DNA of 64,000 bases from the NCBI RefSeq assembly GCF_963921235.1, contig NC_086108.1, positions 34,536,001 to 34,600,000 of the forward strand, written 5' to 3'. The notes beneath the pieces are model-generated. The model saw only the letters and a program-made list of their open reading frames with translations. It made no database searches and was not told the origin of the DNA. The position numbers and the translations under genes are program-made. Positions 51,461 through 63,573 of this stretch are shown in pieces (the first letter of the stretch is position 1; each line of letters starts with the position of its first letter). This stretch comes from Mobula hypostoma. Taxonomy: Eukaryota.

Positions 51461-51792
51461 TACAATACAATGCAAAAGTCTTACACACATATATATCGTT
51501 AGGGTACCCAAGACATTTGCAGAGTGCTGTAGTAAGATTATGTTTTGCACTGTATTGCTGCCACAAAAAACAACAAATTTCATGACATATGTGAATGATG
51601 ATTCCAGTATGGGTCTCTATTACGAACTGAGAGTGGGAAGGGGGCAGGAAGAGGGGAATCAGAATTAGGAAAGTGGGAGGGGAGAGGTAAGGGAATGGGA
51701 AGCACCAGAGAGATATTCTGTAATAATCAATAAACCAATTGTTTGGAATCAAATGACCTTCCCTGGTGTCTCACACCTGGGTGTGTCTACAA
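51461..51792 (+). mobile_element. Second copy of the composite Tc1-palindrome/Rex1-tail repeat
   Basis: Aligns with 37908-38220, including atcaataaaccaattgtttggaatcaaatgac. Confidence 0.7.
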
Positions 51793-52991
51793 CAGGGGTC
51801 CCCAACCTTTTTTACACTGCGGACCGGTTTCATATTGACAATATTCTTGTGGACCGGTCGACGGGTTGGGGGGGAGGGGGTGGTAGGGTTGCCAACGGAC
51901 AACAGTAGCAGTTAAATACGTTGTGTTTACCCCGAGAAAGACTACATTGACCATGAAGCCTTGCGCAGGCACCAGTGCGCATGTGTGACTTGCGCATGCG
52001 TGCACATGCCGATTATTTTTCTACAAATCGTTTTTGGCAATTCTGTTCCGGGGGGAGTGTTAATCACGACCAGAATATGGGTGATAAGCGGCTAATACAC
52101 TCAATTTTGTTTCTAAATGGGTTTATCTAATGAATTTAATGTTAAACACACAGCGCATATTTTCCTCGCATGAATATAGCGATAAGTCAATTACCAGGGG
52201 CTTGAAGTAAGTGTTGCACAAACTTCCAGTAGAAGTGGCAGAAGCAGGTTCGATATTATCATTTAAAGTTAAATTGGATAGGTATATGAACAGGAAAGGA
52301 ATGGAGGGTTATGGGCTGAGTGCAGGTCGGTGGGACTAGGTGAGAGTAGCGTTCAGCACAGACTAGAAGGGCTGAGATGTCCTGTATCCATGCTGTAATT
52401 GTTATATGGTTATATAAGTCAATAGCATCATAACATTTTAAGTAACGTTTGGATATTAAACACACAGCACATATTTACCCCGTATGAACATATAAAATCA
52501 TTGCAACGCACCAATATCCCCGAACCAGTGGGAGCCCTGGGCTTGTTTCCCTGCAACAAGACGGTGCCATCGAGGTGTGATTGGAGACAGCGATACTCGA
52601 ATGGGGTTCCTTATGTCCAGTCTATTCCGCAATTTAGTTTTCATTGCATTCATCGCAGAGATACGTTGGAAATGGAAGCAACGTTTTCAGTACTTTTGTG
52701 ACTATCTCAGGATATTTAGCCTTGACTTTGATCCTGAATACCGGCAGAGATGTTATGTCAAATATACTTTACAGCCCGCCGTCATTTGCAAGCTCGAGGA
52801 GTTGATCTCCTTCCCACACTGACATGGATACGTAATGACCTCGCCTGAGTAATGGCTCAACAGTCGGCGTGACAGGGAATGAGGAAAGGTGCAGCTGACG
52901 CATATCGCCAAATCATATCGTTCCTCGCAGCCCGGTAGCGCATGCTCTGTGGCCCGGTACTGGTCCACGGCCTGGTGGTTGGGGACTGCTG
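51793..52991 (-). mobile_element. Non-autonomous hAT (Charlie/Buster) element with a transposase C-terminal remnant and an internal CR1 3' end
   Basis: TIRs caggggtccccaacc / ggttggggactgctg; TSD gtctacaa/ctctacaa; rc of ~52526-52810 gives ELANDGGL..IKVKAKYPEI..KTLLPFP..RNRLDI..SLSPITP..KQAQGSH*. Confidence 0.9.
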
Positions 52992-53259
52992 CTCTACAAC
53001 ATAGCCAGTCAGTTTTCCAACGTAGCCAGTCATTTTTTGTTAATGATTATTATCACCCGGTATTCATTGTTTATGAACCTGTGAATTATTCCATTTGCTT
53101 ACTTTAAAAAAAACTCGATCGCGTCTTCCTTTCCGAAGAACACGTGCTTTTTGTAATTTAATCATTGCTGACTGTGTTTTATTTTATTTCGAATGTCTCA
53201 CTGCACTCTAACAGGTCAGTAGGCATCTTAGATCCATCTTAAAAACACCATGTCACCAG

Positions 53260-53421
53260 TGTTATGTTTTGTAACTTCTAAACATTAAATTAATTCGTGA
53301 AAGACAATGGGAGTCCGGGAATGCAGGTCTGCCTTCATCTTTACTTTAAGTGAGCCGTGCATGTATCACATGATTATGTATGCAATTCACGTGTGTGTGT
53401 GTGTGTATGTATATATATATG

Positions 53422-53469
<48 letters not shown>

Positions 53470-53557
53470 AATAAAACCCACAATGAATTATTTAAATGAA
53501 CAAGAGTGCTTAATCAAACAATACAAGATTATGCAAATCTTATTGAAATATTATACA
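53260..53557. mobile_element. Solo LTR-like element, inverted relative to the 8990 copy, with an internal microsatellite
   Basis: tgttatgttttgtaacttctaaacattaaattaattc is the rc of the end of 8990-9225. Confidence 0.6.
53391..53468. repeat. (GT)n/(AT)n compound microsatellite
   Basis: Seen directly in the sequence. Confidence 0.95.
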
Positions 53558-54946
53558 TTTATCAGAATGGAATGGAGAGCAGAAGTCGACCCACCCAAGA
53601 GATGGTGAGACAGTGTCAGAAAGATAGCAAATCTTGTCCAGTAGCAATTAGCTAAGGATAATAAAGTAATTCGTTCCACCTTGGCACCATTAGTTAAAAT
53701 AGGAGGAAATGAGGATGACTGTAATGCCTCTTTAAGCTCCTCAACATTGTCCAGTGTTGTATGCAAAATGTGCAGAGATTCAAAATTACCCACTTAAATA
53801 CCAGCCTTTTGTACTCTGTGTAATGCTGTTGTACCTATTCCTGTTTTATCTGCAAGTTGAGTGGCTTTTGTATCCACAGAAACATTAAAAAACTCAATGG
53901 TTGGGCTGCAGAGAGCTGCTTTCACTGAGCCTGTCTATACCCGCTGGAAAACCAATATTTGTTTGTTCTTCTATGATTTACAGACTCAAGGAAATGACTT
54001 AAGCTGTATCCACAGGGAGAGATTTGCCTCATATCAGTTATGGATTGAAAAGAAAGTGAAATCAAAGAAATTTCGAGGATATCTGCCTGTGCCTTTACAA
54101 AGGATTGACTTGTGTCGAACGCAACGGGTGGGCAGAGGGGAGGGTGTGGTGCACAGTGTTTGTTTGGACACTTCCAGCATGATTGAATGAATGTGACAGG
54201 CTGACTTTTGGAAATGATATGAAACAAGCCAAAAGTAGTCTCTTATGTGTTTCACTCTGGGGAAACAATGAATTTTTAATTGCACGACACTGGAAAAATA
54301 CTGCATTATGCAATGGAATTTGTAGGCAGCAATACCTAGGGGAGTGGTTTAAACCTGATTTTATACATCCCTTTTTCTTTGAGTGGAATTCTGTCAGATG
54401 CCAATCTGCTGTCCACAATTGGTCACCCAGAGACGGGAAATAATTTTGTTTTGAATCTGTTTGTATCCCTTGAGCATTCCTCCAGTTGGTAACTTTGATT
54501 CTGATCTATGTTGTGTTTACACTGGGCAAAGCCACTTAGCGGTGACAAAGCTTGCTTGCACATGTGCAGTTTTCAGCTTTCTCGCGTGTGCAAAGAAAGT
54601 TTTGCAGGCCTGCAGAAGAAAAGAGTCAGTTTATCACCTTTTCTTATAGATAGAGCAATCCAGTCTGACAGTGTTCAAAATGTAGCTTCCTGAGCAAGTT
54701 CTCAAAGACATTAATTTGTTGCTGATTTTGATCATCTCTATAGGAGCGAAGATGTGTTGATTCATGTTATATTCTTGTTTTTCAGTTGGCAATGCCAATG
54801 TATGAAATCAGCCTCAATCCCATCCAAAATTCAGTCTGACAGAAGAATAATTTTATTTCAATAACGTATGTTATTCATAATACATATGTAATGCCCCATT
54901 CATATTTTTTACTGTTATTCTGTATGTATTTTAATTTGTGCAGCTC

Positions 54947-55510
54947 TGTAAGAGCTGTTTGATCTGCTTTCAGCCTGTTTGGGTTATTGTTGAAGAAAAG
55001 GGATGACGTGGAATGTGTGCCATCCAATTAGCGGGAGGTTTTTCTCGGTGAGGAACAATAAGGTTGGTCTTGGGCTTTTGTTCGAGAGGAGATGAAGAGA
55101 GAAAATGCTGGAGAGAACCAGTCGTAGGTTTGTTCGAGATGGATTTGGAGCAATGTTTGGAAGGTGGTTTGTACTTTCATACAGACCAAGGACCCATTGT
55201 GTGAGTGACAGAGAAGTTCAAGATGAACTCCAACTTGTGCACATTTGACTGTTCAACTAGAATGGGCCCTTTTCTTTTTGTTATTCTTTACTAACCCTTC
55301 AGTTAAGATTCATAAATATAGTTCCTTTAATTGTATGCTATGTACTTTCTGTTATTTTGTGGCATTAATTTGTAACAGGATAGGAAATGACACAGCATCC
55401 ACACAAACCGGGTTTGAGGTGGGATCCAGTGCACCTCAATCTCTAAAGTTTGGCAAGGCCAGAGGTGGTCTTCCCTGGACTTGCGCATCCAAGGAAACCG
55501 GGATTTTTCA
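54947..55510. mobile_element. Possible LTR-like repeat
   Basis: Starts TGTAAG and ends TTCA; tgacgt/ccaat motifs; no TSD found. Confidence 0.3.
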
Positions 55511-55514
55511 TATA

Positions 55515-57058
55515 CGGTACATACCAGAAGCACACATCTACCGCTACATCTCTAACCACTGTACCATCAACTCCATACAGTTCCTTAAATGCACGAAAGC
55601 CACTCATGAACAGCACACCAGTGAAGTGTTTGAGAGATTTCTGCACAGGGCACGGACCTTTGAACTTTGTGCAGTGGTGGCAGGATCTTAGGTCGTGACC
55701 TTTCCCAACAGAGCCTTTGTGGTGACGGCATGAGCTGCATCGTTTCCGTCAGCTTGTACTCCTGAACCTTGGACTATGTCAGTCGGCAGCGTCCACTTGC
55801 AACAAATTCCGGGCAGACCAAAGTGCATATTTCAGCGAGTTAATGATCTTGGAGCACCAGCTGATGTTTGTCTCAGTATATATGCCCTGGGGCAGCCCAT
55901 AGATCACAGAGTTCTCTGTTATGCAGTTGCTCAGGGCAAAACACAACAAAGTCTACAGTATCCTTTTCCAAACTCAAAAGTTGTGATGAGGTAAATGGTT
56001 GCCCACATCTGCACCATAGCCATGTCAAGATCAAGGCAGTGTGTGTTGAAGTGAGACTCTGACCAGGAAAGAAGGTCCCTTTTCGCTGCCAGCCAAGCAA
56101 GTTTTTGGTACTTGTTGGTGTGCTCTGGTGATGAGATGTCATGCTAATTGATTTTGATCGTCTGCTTGAGAAATCACCTAGAATGATTGCATTTCTTACT
56201 TTAATGGCGAAAAGATGTATTTTACAACATTGGAAAGAGCTTAATGCTCCAACTACCTTTTTTTGGTTTTCTCAGACGATTTTATGTTTGAATTTGGAGA
56301 AAATTAGAAGTAACCTTTATGATTCTTCATTTAAATTTGAACAGATTTGGGGACCTTTTATTCGATATTTTCATTTAATGTAATATTTACCCTTCTTGTT
56401 TTTTTTTCACTGTTTTTAATGGAGGTCGGGATTGAGGACGTGATTTTAAGTTTAACTCTGTTTGGTTTCAAGTTAGCCCATTGCTTTGCCTTGCTTTTAG
56501 TTAGCTGCACGGTGGGTTTTTTTTGGGGGGTTTTTTTTTCCTTTTTTTTCCATTGATATATATAAAATTTAGTATACTATTATGTTATCTTGGTTTCTTA
56601 TGTTTAAATTACATTGTTTGTAGTATTTTCTTTTTGGTATTGATATCTTTTGGAATTTTATTATACTTTAACATTGTATTAATGTTTATATGGCTTACCT
56701 TTTTTGTATACTTACTCAATAAAAAGATTTAAAAAGAAAGAAAAGAGAAATCACCCCAGAGCTTCGATTGTGACTTCTCCTGCAGGTCCTGCAGGATGAT
56801 CTGTAATGAATTCTGCCTGATGGACTTACGGTCAAACATGTTTTTTTCCTCTTTTAGTATCGATGAAGGACAGGTGGTGCAGCAAGGTACAACTGACTGG
56901 AACTATACAGTGGCCAGTCTCATCCTTTGCACTACCACTGAATGTGATGCATTCTGAGCCTCCAGCAGAAACAGAAGATGGCCTGGGTGCAGGAGCAGAA
57001 ATTGGGCTACACCTGTACCCCATACAGTGTCGCTGGAGGCACCGTGTACCTGAAGACC
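55515..57058 (-). mobile_element. Tx1-like LINE ORF2 C-terminal fossil, split by an L1 insertion
   Basis: rc gives SSPEHTNKYQKLAWLA, IYGLPQGIYTETNISWCSKIINSLKYALWSARNL and HSKVQEY; same family type as 31225-31540. Confidence 0.7.
56179..56744 (+). mobile_element. L1 LINE 3' fragment with 11-bp TSD
   Basis: IAFLTLMAKRCILQHWK..P..LNLEKIR..KFEQIWGPF*; aataaa plus A-rich tail; gagaaatcacc at 56168-56178 and 56745-56755. Confidence 0.88.
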
Positions 57059-57076
57059 AGATTCCTGCCTGTTGTT

Positions 57077-57759
57077 CTCACCTGTGAGTCTGTTGGGGTC
57101 ATCTATTGCATCCTGTGCTCCCGGTGCGGCCTCCTCTACATCGGTGAAACCCGACGCAGATTGGAGGACCGCTTCGTCAAGCACCTCCACTCTGTCCACC
57201 ACAACAGACAGGATCTCCTGGTAGCCAGCCACTTCAATTCTGCTTCCCATTCCCATTCAGATATGTCCATACATGGCCTCCTCTACTGCCATGATGAGGC
57301 TACACTCAGGTTGGAGGAGCAACACCTCATATACCGTCTAAGTAGTCTCCAGCCCCTTAGTATGAACATAGAATTCTCAACTTCTGGTAATTCTCCCCCT
57401 CCCTTCCTCTATCCCTATGTCACTGTGCCCCCTCCCCCAGCTTCCTATCACCTCCCTCATGGTTCCGCCACCTTCTACTACCCGTTGTTTTCCTGCCTAT
57501 CACCTCCCTGCTTCCCCTCCCCCAACCCTTTGTCTTTCAAATTACTGATTTTTCAACTGAACCTACCAGCCTTCTCCTTCCAACCCTCCCCCCACCTTCT
57601 TTATAGGGCATCTGCCCCTTCCCTCTTCAGTCCTGACAAAGGGTTCCGGCCCGAAACGTTGACTCATCTTTTCCATGGATGCTGCCCGACCTGCTGAGAT
57701 CCTCCGGCGTGTTGTGAGTGTTGCTTTGATCCCAGCATCTGCAGACTATTTTGTGTTTA
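57077..57759 (+). mobile_element. Young PLE 3' fragment with 15-bp TSD
   Basis: TCESVGVIYCILCSRCGLLYIGETRRRL; agattcctgcctgtt at 57059-57073 and 57760-57774; same subfamily as 23406-24330. Confidence 0.95.
57628..57665 (+). ncRNA. Hammerhead motif with G8A core mutation, probably inactive
   Basis: AGUC-CUGACAA-A-GGGU uccg GCCC-GAAA-CG-UU-GACU. Confidence 0.5.
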
Positions 57760-58729
57760 AGATTCCTGCCTGTTATTGAGAGAGAGAGATCCCTCATTCC
57801 CAATTTCTGATTCGATGTCTGCTGCAGCCAACTCTTGATGTTAGTATGATGATATGACTCCAACTCCGATGTCTCACTGAAGGAGCTAGTGCAATTATAC
57901 TGAGTAAATGGCATTAGCAAAGCTCTTTGATCCATTTTGTTCAGTACACTTCTCTCTTACTATATCTGCATAAATGAATGGCATTAGCTCTTTACACATG
58001 TTGAAACTAAGCGGGCACATAACAAATATATGCAGTAAATAAATGTACTACTACACTGCAAATCAAACTGCTTTAAAAATGCAAATCATTCTAGACCTCA
58101 CAAAAAGAAATAATGCCCCATTTTAAAATGATGGAAACTCCCCTAAGAAGGTTCCTTTGGATGAAATAAACCAATCAATTTATTGAAATACTTCACAGTT
58201 TAGAAACAATTGTTCTATGCAGTTTCTGAGATTGGACATATTGGCAACAATCCTAAAATTTATCGCCCACTCCCATTTTTCCTTGGGAATAGGGTATTGA
58301 GCTGACTTTCTCACTGTTGTTGTCCCCTGTGGTGCAGATGTACACCTAGTGCTTTCAGGAAGGGAGTTACAAGCACTTGTGGCAACAGTGATGGAAAACT
58401 GTTGCTGTATATCCAAGTCAGCAAGGTGTGTGACTGGAGGTAAATCACGGAGGAGTGCAGTTTGTTACAGGAGAAAGGGCAAAACAGCCACTTCTGTGCC
58501 CGGTAAAATCTGTAGGTTTAACCATTAAGTCATGACTTGGCATGATCTTTGTGCAGAAGTAATGTATGCTTCTCACACTGAAGGAGTAGGGAATTCTGGC
58601 CCTTAACAGAATGGTTTCAGGACTGAGGGAGAGGTGCAGGGGTATATTGGGGTCAGCACTAAAGGCCCCAATCTACTGTATCTGTAGAGGGAATGGATAC
58701 TTCTTTGCTTTCTGTCCCTCTCTCCTCTG

Positions 58730-59960
58730 TCATTGTCATACAGCACAAAAAAGCCCATTTGGCCCAAAACATCCATGCCAAGTCAATTCAAGTAGTTGTT
58801 TAGGTTTTCCTTGAAGCTTTCAGAGAATCTGCTTTCACTGATCTCTTGGGCAACGTATTCCAGGTACTCATTGTTCTGTGGGAGAAAAAGATCCCCCCCC
58901 AGGTCCCTATGAATCCTTATTCCTTACTCTAGTCCTATGTTCTCTGGTTGTATCACTCCCTGATATGTGGATATGATTCCTGCAGTCTACCCTATTTAAA
59001 CCCGCATGATTTTATATACTTCAATCACGTCCCTATTAACTTCCTCAACTTCAGGGGAATTAAAGATTTAGCCTGTCAGTCTTGCCTCTGAACTAAAACT
59101 TTCCTTTCCAGGCAACATCCTCTTGAATCTTCTCTGCACCCTCTCCAGCACTGTCACATCTTTCCTGTAGTGTGGTGACCATAAATGTACTCAGTGCATC
59201 AGCTGAGGTCTGACCAATGATGTATAAAGTTGGAGCATAACCTTCCTCCTCCTGTATATGCTGCTGTGATTGATGACAACTATCCCATATGCCATACTAA
59301 CCGTGTGATCTTCCTACATTGCCACCTTCAAGGACGTACACCCAGGTTGCTGTTAACATTCCCAAGCACTCAGATTCAGCCTCAAAGTAGAGTTTATTAT
59401 TAGATGCAGATGTACATGCAGGTAGAGGTGCAATTAAGAAAAAAGCTTGCATGCATCAGCAGCACAGACACATAGCGTTAGAGATTCATTTGCAAGAAAA
59501 AGATGAACATAAATTATACAAGAAAGAACACAGTTAGAAAAAGAAAAGTTTAATGGTTACAGTGTTACTATATTGAGGTCGTGACTAGGAATGGACCCTA
59601 CCTTACCGCACGAAAACCCATTTGGCCCAAAACATCCATGGTGACTAGGGTTAACCCATCTGTTCATTGGTGTCTGTCCTAGCCTTAGTAGTACTTCAAA
59701 AATGAATCACCACACATTGGATTGAACTCCATCTGCCATTTTTCAGCTCATTTCACCAACCCGGCAATATCACCCTGACTAACCTCCACCAGTCTCTGTG
59801 TCCTCTGTAAACTTACTGCGATCTTCCCATATTCACATCCCAATCACTCACATGCTAAGAGCAAGGATTCCAACACTGATCCTTATGGAACACCACTATC
59901 CAATCCCCAAAACACCCTCTGTTTCCAATTGGCAACCTAACTTTGGATCCAGTTTACAAC
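58730..59960 (-). mobile_element. Old CR1 fragment interrupted by a Rex1-type tail (~59370-59600)
   Basis: ttccaggcaacatcctcttgaatcttctctgcaccctctccag = rc of LERVQRRFKRMLPG; ggaacaccact = rc of SGVP. Confidence 0.7.
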
Positions 59961-60841
59961 TCTGAAGCTCATCTGTCGACTTCGAGATCAGTAGCGAGCC
60001 AAAATGTTGCACCCAAAATAAAGAGGCGAACATGCTTCCATGTATAATTTAGAATAGTGAAAACAGATGTTCAGTGTTTATTTTTAAGACGTCCTTTAAA
60101 TATAGTTGTTTCAGGCAAAAATTCAACCCTGGGTTTTTTATTGTCTGATGTGTACTTAAGCCAAATTGTTGGCAGCACTCTGATCCTGTCCTGAGGCCAT
60201 TTATTGACAGTTCCAGCTGCTGTGTAGTATGTTGCTGGCTTTTATTTTACCATTAATAGCACAAACAGTACATGTGAATCGGGCAGTATTAACAGTGAAT
60301 GGGATAAGCTCATTGAATCCTCTCCAATATAGATTGGATCTAAAGTTGTTTTGGCTTATGAGAATGTAAAGACCCAGTTTATGCACTAAGTGCTAAAGTT
60401 CATCACACCAAACTGCTCCACAGGTTTAATTAAAGTGTAAAAGAGCCGAGAATAATTTGGCCACAAATGTTCCTTGTTCCCCACAGGCACATGTATGTAA
60501 CAAGCAGGACTCTGTAGCGAAACAAAAACGAGGTGCTGATGGAGCCCAGTGGATCAGGCAGTGTCTGTGGAGGGAAGGAGGCAGGCAACATTTTGGCTTG
60601 AAACCCTTCATCTGGTCTGAAAAGAGCAGGGTAGAGATAGCTAGTAGAGAGGTGAGGGAGAGGGGTAGGACAAAAACTAACAAGTGATATAGTTGGATCC
60701 AGGTGAGGAAGAGAGGTAATTCTGTCTCTGATAATCACTCCAGGAATTTGTTCTCACCTGTAAGTCATTCATGATGTAACCTGTGGTTGGTGTGGCTATT
60801 TTATTAAACCTAAATGCTGAAAGTAATTCCATAACCAAAAT

Positions 60842-61621
60842 TGTTGTGTATTTAATATTTCAATAATATTTGAATAATTTTGCATATGTATTGTTTGATT
60901 AACAATTCTTGGTCATTTGGTCACCGAATTACAGGAAAGATGTCAACAAAATAGAGAGAGTACAGAGAAGATTTACTATAATGTTACCAGGGTTTCATCA
61001 CCTAAGTTACAGAGAAAGGTTGAACAAGTTGGGCCTTTATTCTTTGGAACATAGAAGGTTGAGGGGAGACTTGATAGAGGTATTTAAAATTATGAGGGGG
61101 ATAGATAGAGTTGATGTGGGTAGGCTTTTTCCATTGAGAGTGGGGGAGATTCAAACAAGAGGACATGAGTTGCGAGTTAAAGGGCAAAAGTTTAGGGGTA
61201 ACATGAGGGGGAACTTCTTTACTCAGAGAGTGGTGGCTGTGTGGAACGAGCTTCCAGCAGAAATGGTTGAGGCAGGTTCGATGTTGTCATTTAAAGTTAA
61301 ATTGGACAGCTATATGGACAGGAAAGGAATGGAGGGTTATGGGCTCTGAGTGCAGGTCGGTGGGACTAGGTGAGAGTAAGAGTTCGGCATGGACTAGAAG
61401 GGCTGAGATGGCCTGTTTCCGTGCTGTAATTGTTATATGGTTATATGGTTAAATAATTGATAATGGGTTATATGTAAGATATGCTAATTGCATATGTCAT
61501 CACGCTACCATGTGATACATGTACGCCTTGCTTGAAGGAACCTTGATGTTAGACCAACATTCCAGAACTCCCGTGCCTTCCTTCGAATTAATTTAATGTT
61601 TTGAAGTTACCAAACATCACA
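60842..61621. mobile_element. Solo LTR with perfect 5-bp TSD, interrupted by a CR1
   Basis: TG..CA ends; aaaat at 60837-60841 and 61622-61626. Confidence 0.75.
60914..61450 (+). mobile_element. Young CR1 3' fragment
   Basis: Open ORF WSPNYRKD..ERVQRRFT..FFTQRVVAVWNELP; tail (ttatatgg)n. Confidence 0.95.
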
Positions 61622-62197
61622 AAAATACTGGAAGTTGAACAAGCCCACAAAATACCGCTGCATTCAGAAGAATGCTCTTTATTGCAGTTTCTCATTTCAG
61701 TTTTGATTTTGTCCTTTGATGCATTGCTGTTTTAACCCAGGTCGAGAGGAAAATTCGGTTATTTACTGTGCCTATCACTGTAATCATCCAAACATATTGG
61801 ACGGTGATTGTTTGACCAGATTGGAAGAAGTGCATTTTGTTTCCCAGTACTCATCTGTGCTGTGCTCTTTAATCTGGCAATGTGCACAGCAGATTGGGTC
61901 ACTGTGGTCCAAAATGTGAAGAGCCCCTTTTAAATCTTGCAGTGTGTGATAAAGGAATAGCTTACTCATAAGCTAGTTCTGTGCCAAGTGCTCTAAACAA
62001 GTTTAACACAGTGACCTGGAGTCGTTCAGCCATTGACAAGGTCATTACTGTTCCTGGAGTTGGTGCATTTTGTGTCAAGAATGGTATGGTTTTGTGCAGC
62101 TTGTGCTTTGTAACTGCACTTTGAAAATTTCCAAAGAATGCTGACTCGGAGATAAAACAGGATGTTTTCTTTTTCAATATTCTCCTAATGCCACTGA

Positions 62198-63050
62198 ATC
62201 ATAGAACAGCACAGTACAGGAACAGGCCCTTCGCTAGACTTATCTGCACCGACCCGGAATCCAATTAACCCCATCTGCTTGCACACGTTCCTGCCTGTTC
62301 ATCTGCTTACCTAAGTGCTTGGCAGCACGTTCCAGGTGCCTCCCTCTGCGTATAAGGGAAGCAACTTGCCCCATGCATGTCTTTTCAATTTCCTCCTCTC
62401 ACCTTAAATGTTTGTCCCTTTGTATCTGATATTTGTAGCCTGGGGTAAAGAACTGACTATCTGCTATACCATGCCTCTCATAATTGTGTAGACTTCTATC
62501 AGGTCACACTCAGCCTCAGGGAAAATGATACGAGCTTGTCTATTAATCTCCTATCCAGGCAACATCCTGGTGTACTTTTGCATATCCATTCAAAAGAGTG
62601 GTGACTAGAACAGCACATAGTTTTCGAAATGTTGCCTAACCAGCATTTTATACAGCTGCAGCATGATTCAATGACTTTTATACTCAGTGCCCTGACCAAT
62701 GAAGGTGAGCATGCCATATGTATTCTTTACTTCCGTTTTTACTTGTATTGCCATTTTCAGGGAGCTATGTACATGATCCCTGCATGCATCAATTCTTCCA
62801 AAGGTCCTGCCATGGCATGCACTGTAGCCATTCCTCTTTAATTTTTTCTCCCAAAGTTCAATACTTCACACTTGTCAGGATTAAACTCCAACTAATCTAC
62901 GGTATATCCTGCTGAATCCCTTGGCAACATTCCTCACTATCACAACTGCACCTATTTTCCAGTCATCTGCAAAATTACTAATTAGACCTACAGTTCCATC
63001 CCTGTCCGTTATGTATCACAAACAATGGCCAGCCTAGCACTGGGATCATT
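62198..63050 (-). mobile_element. Old CR1 fragment
   Basis: gtcatctgcaaa = rc of FADD; 3' end catagaacagcacagtacaggaacaggcccttc. Confidence 0.7.
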
Positions 63051-63174
63051 TGCTAAGTATCGAGATATGATTGAGTTTGTAACTAGGTGATATACACAGC
63101 AAAGTGAAAGGGTTTTGAAATCATTTGCCGATGTCCAATTTCAGATGATTCCAAAAGAGTGATGTGCATGTGTT

Positions 63175-63573
63175 CTTTTATCGTCGTCACTATTCGCCAT
63201 GTTGTATGGTGTGGGAGATCATAGTCTTGACCATGATTGTTCTTAGCAATTTTTCTGTAGTGGTTTGGCAGTGCCTTCTTCTGAGCGGTGTCTTTACAAG
63301 ACGGATGACCCCACCCATTATCAGTACTCTTCAGAGATTGTCTTCTTGGTGTCAGAGGTCACAGAACCAGGACTCGTGTTATGCACCAGCTGCTCATAAG
63401 GATTGTCCTCCACCTGCTCCCATGACGTGACGCCGATCCGGGGGGCGGGGGGGGTGGTGGTGTTTGGGGCTAAGCAGGTGCTACACCTTGCCCAAGGGGT
63501 GACCCACTGGCTAGTGGATAGAAGGAGCGCCTTACACCTCCTTTGGTAGAGACATATCTCCGCTCTGCCACCC
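63175..63573 (-). mobile_element. RTE-related SINE / non-autonomous element
   Basis: gtagtggtttggcagtgccttc and gaccatg resemble the rc of RTE/BovB-type shared motifs (recognised from memory); highly structured 5' end. Confidence 0.55.

Noticed and set aside
53551..53793. 80-aa minus-strand ORF next to a solo LTR, as possible gag/pol or exon
   Set aside because: No recognisable motifs, PBS or PPT.
55245..55698. 148-aa and 82-aa plus-strand ORFs
   Set aside because: They span the junction of an LTR-like repeat and the antisense of a Tx1-like fossil.
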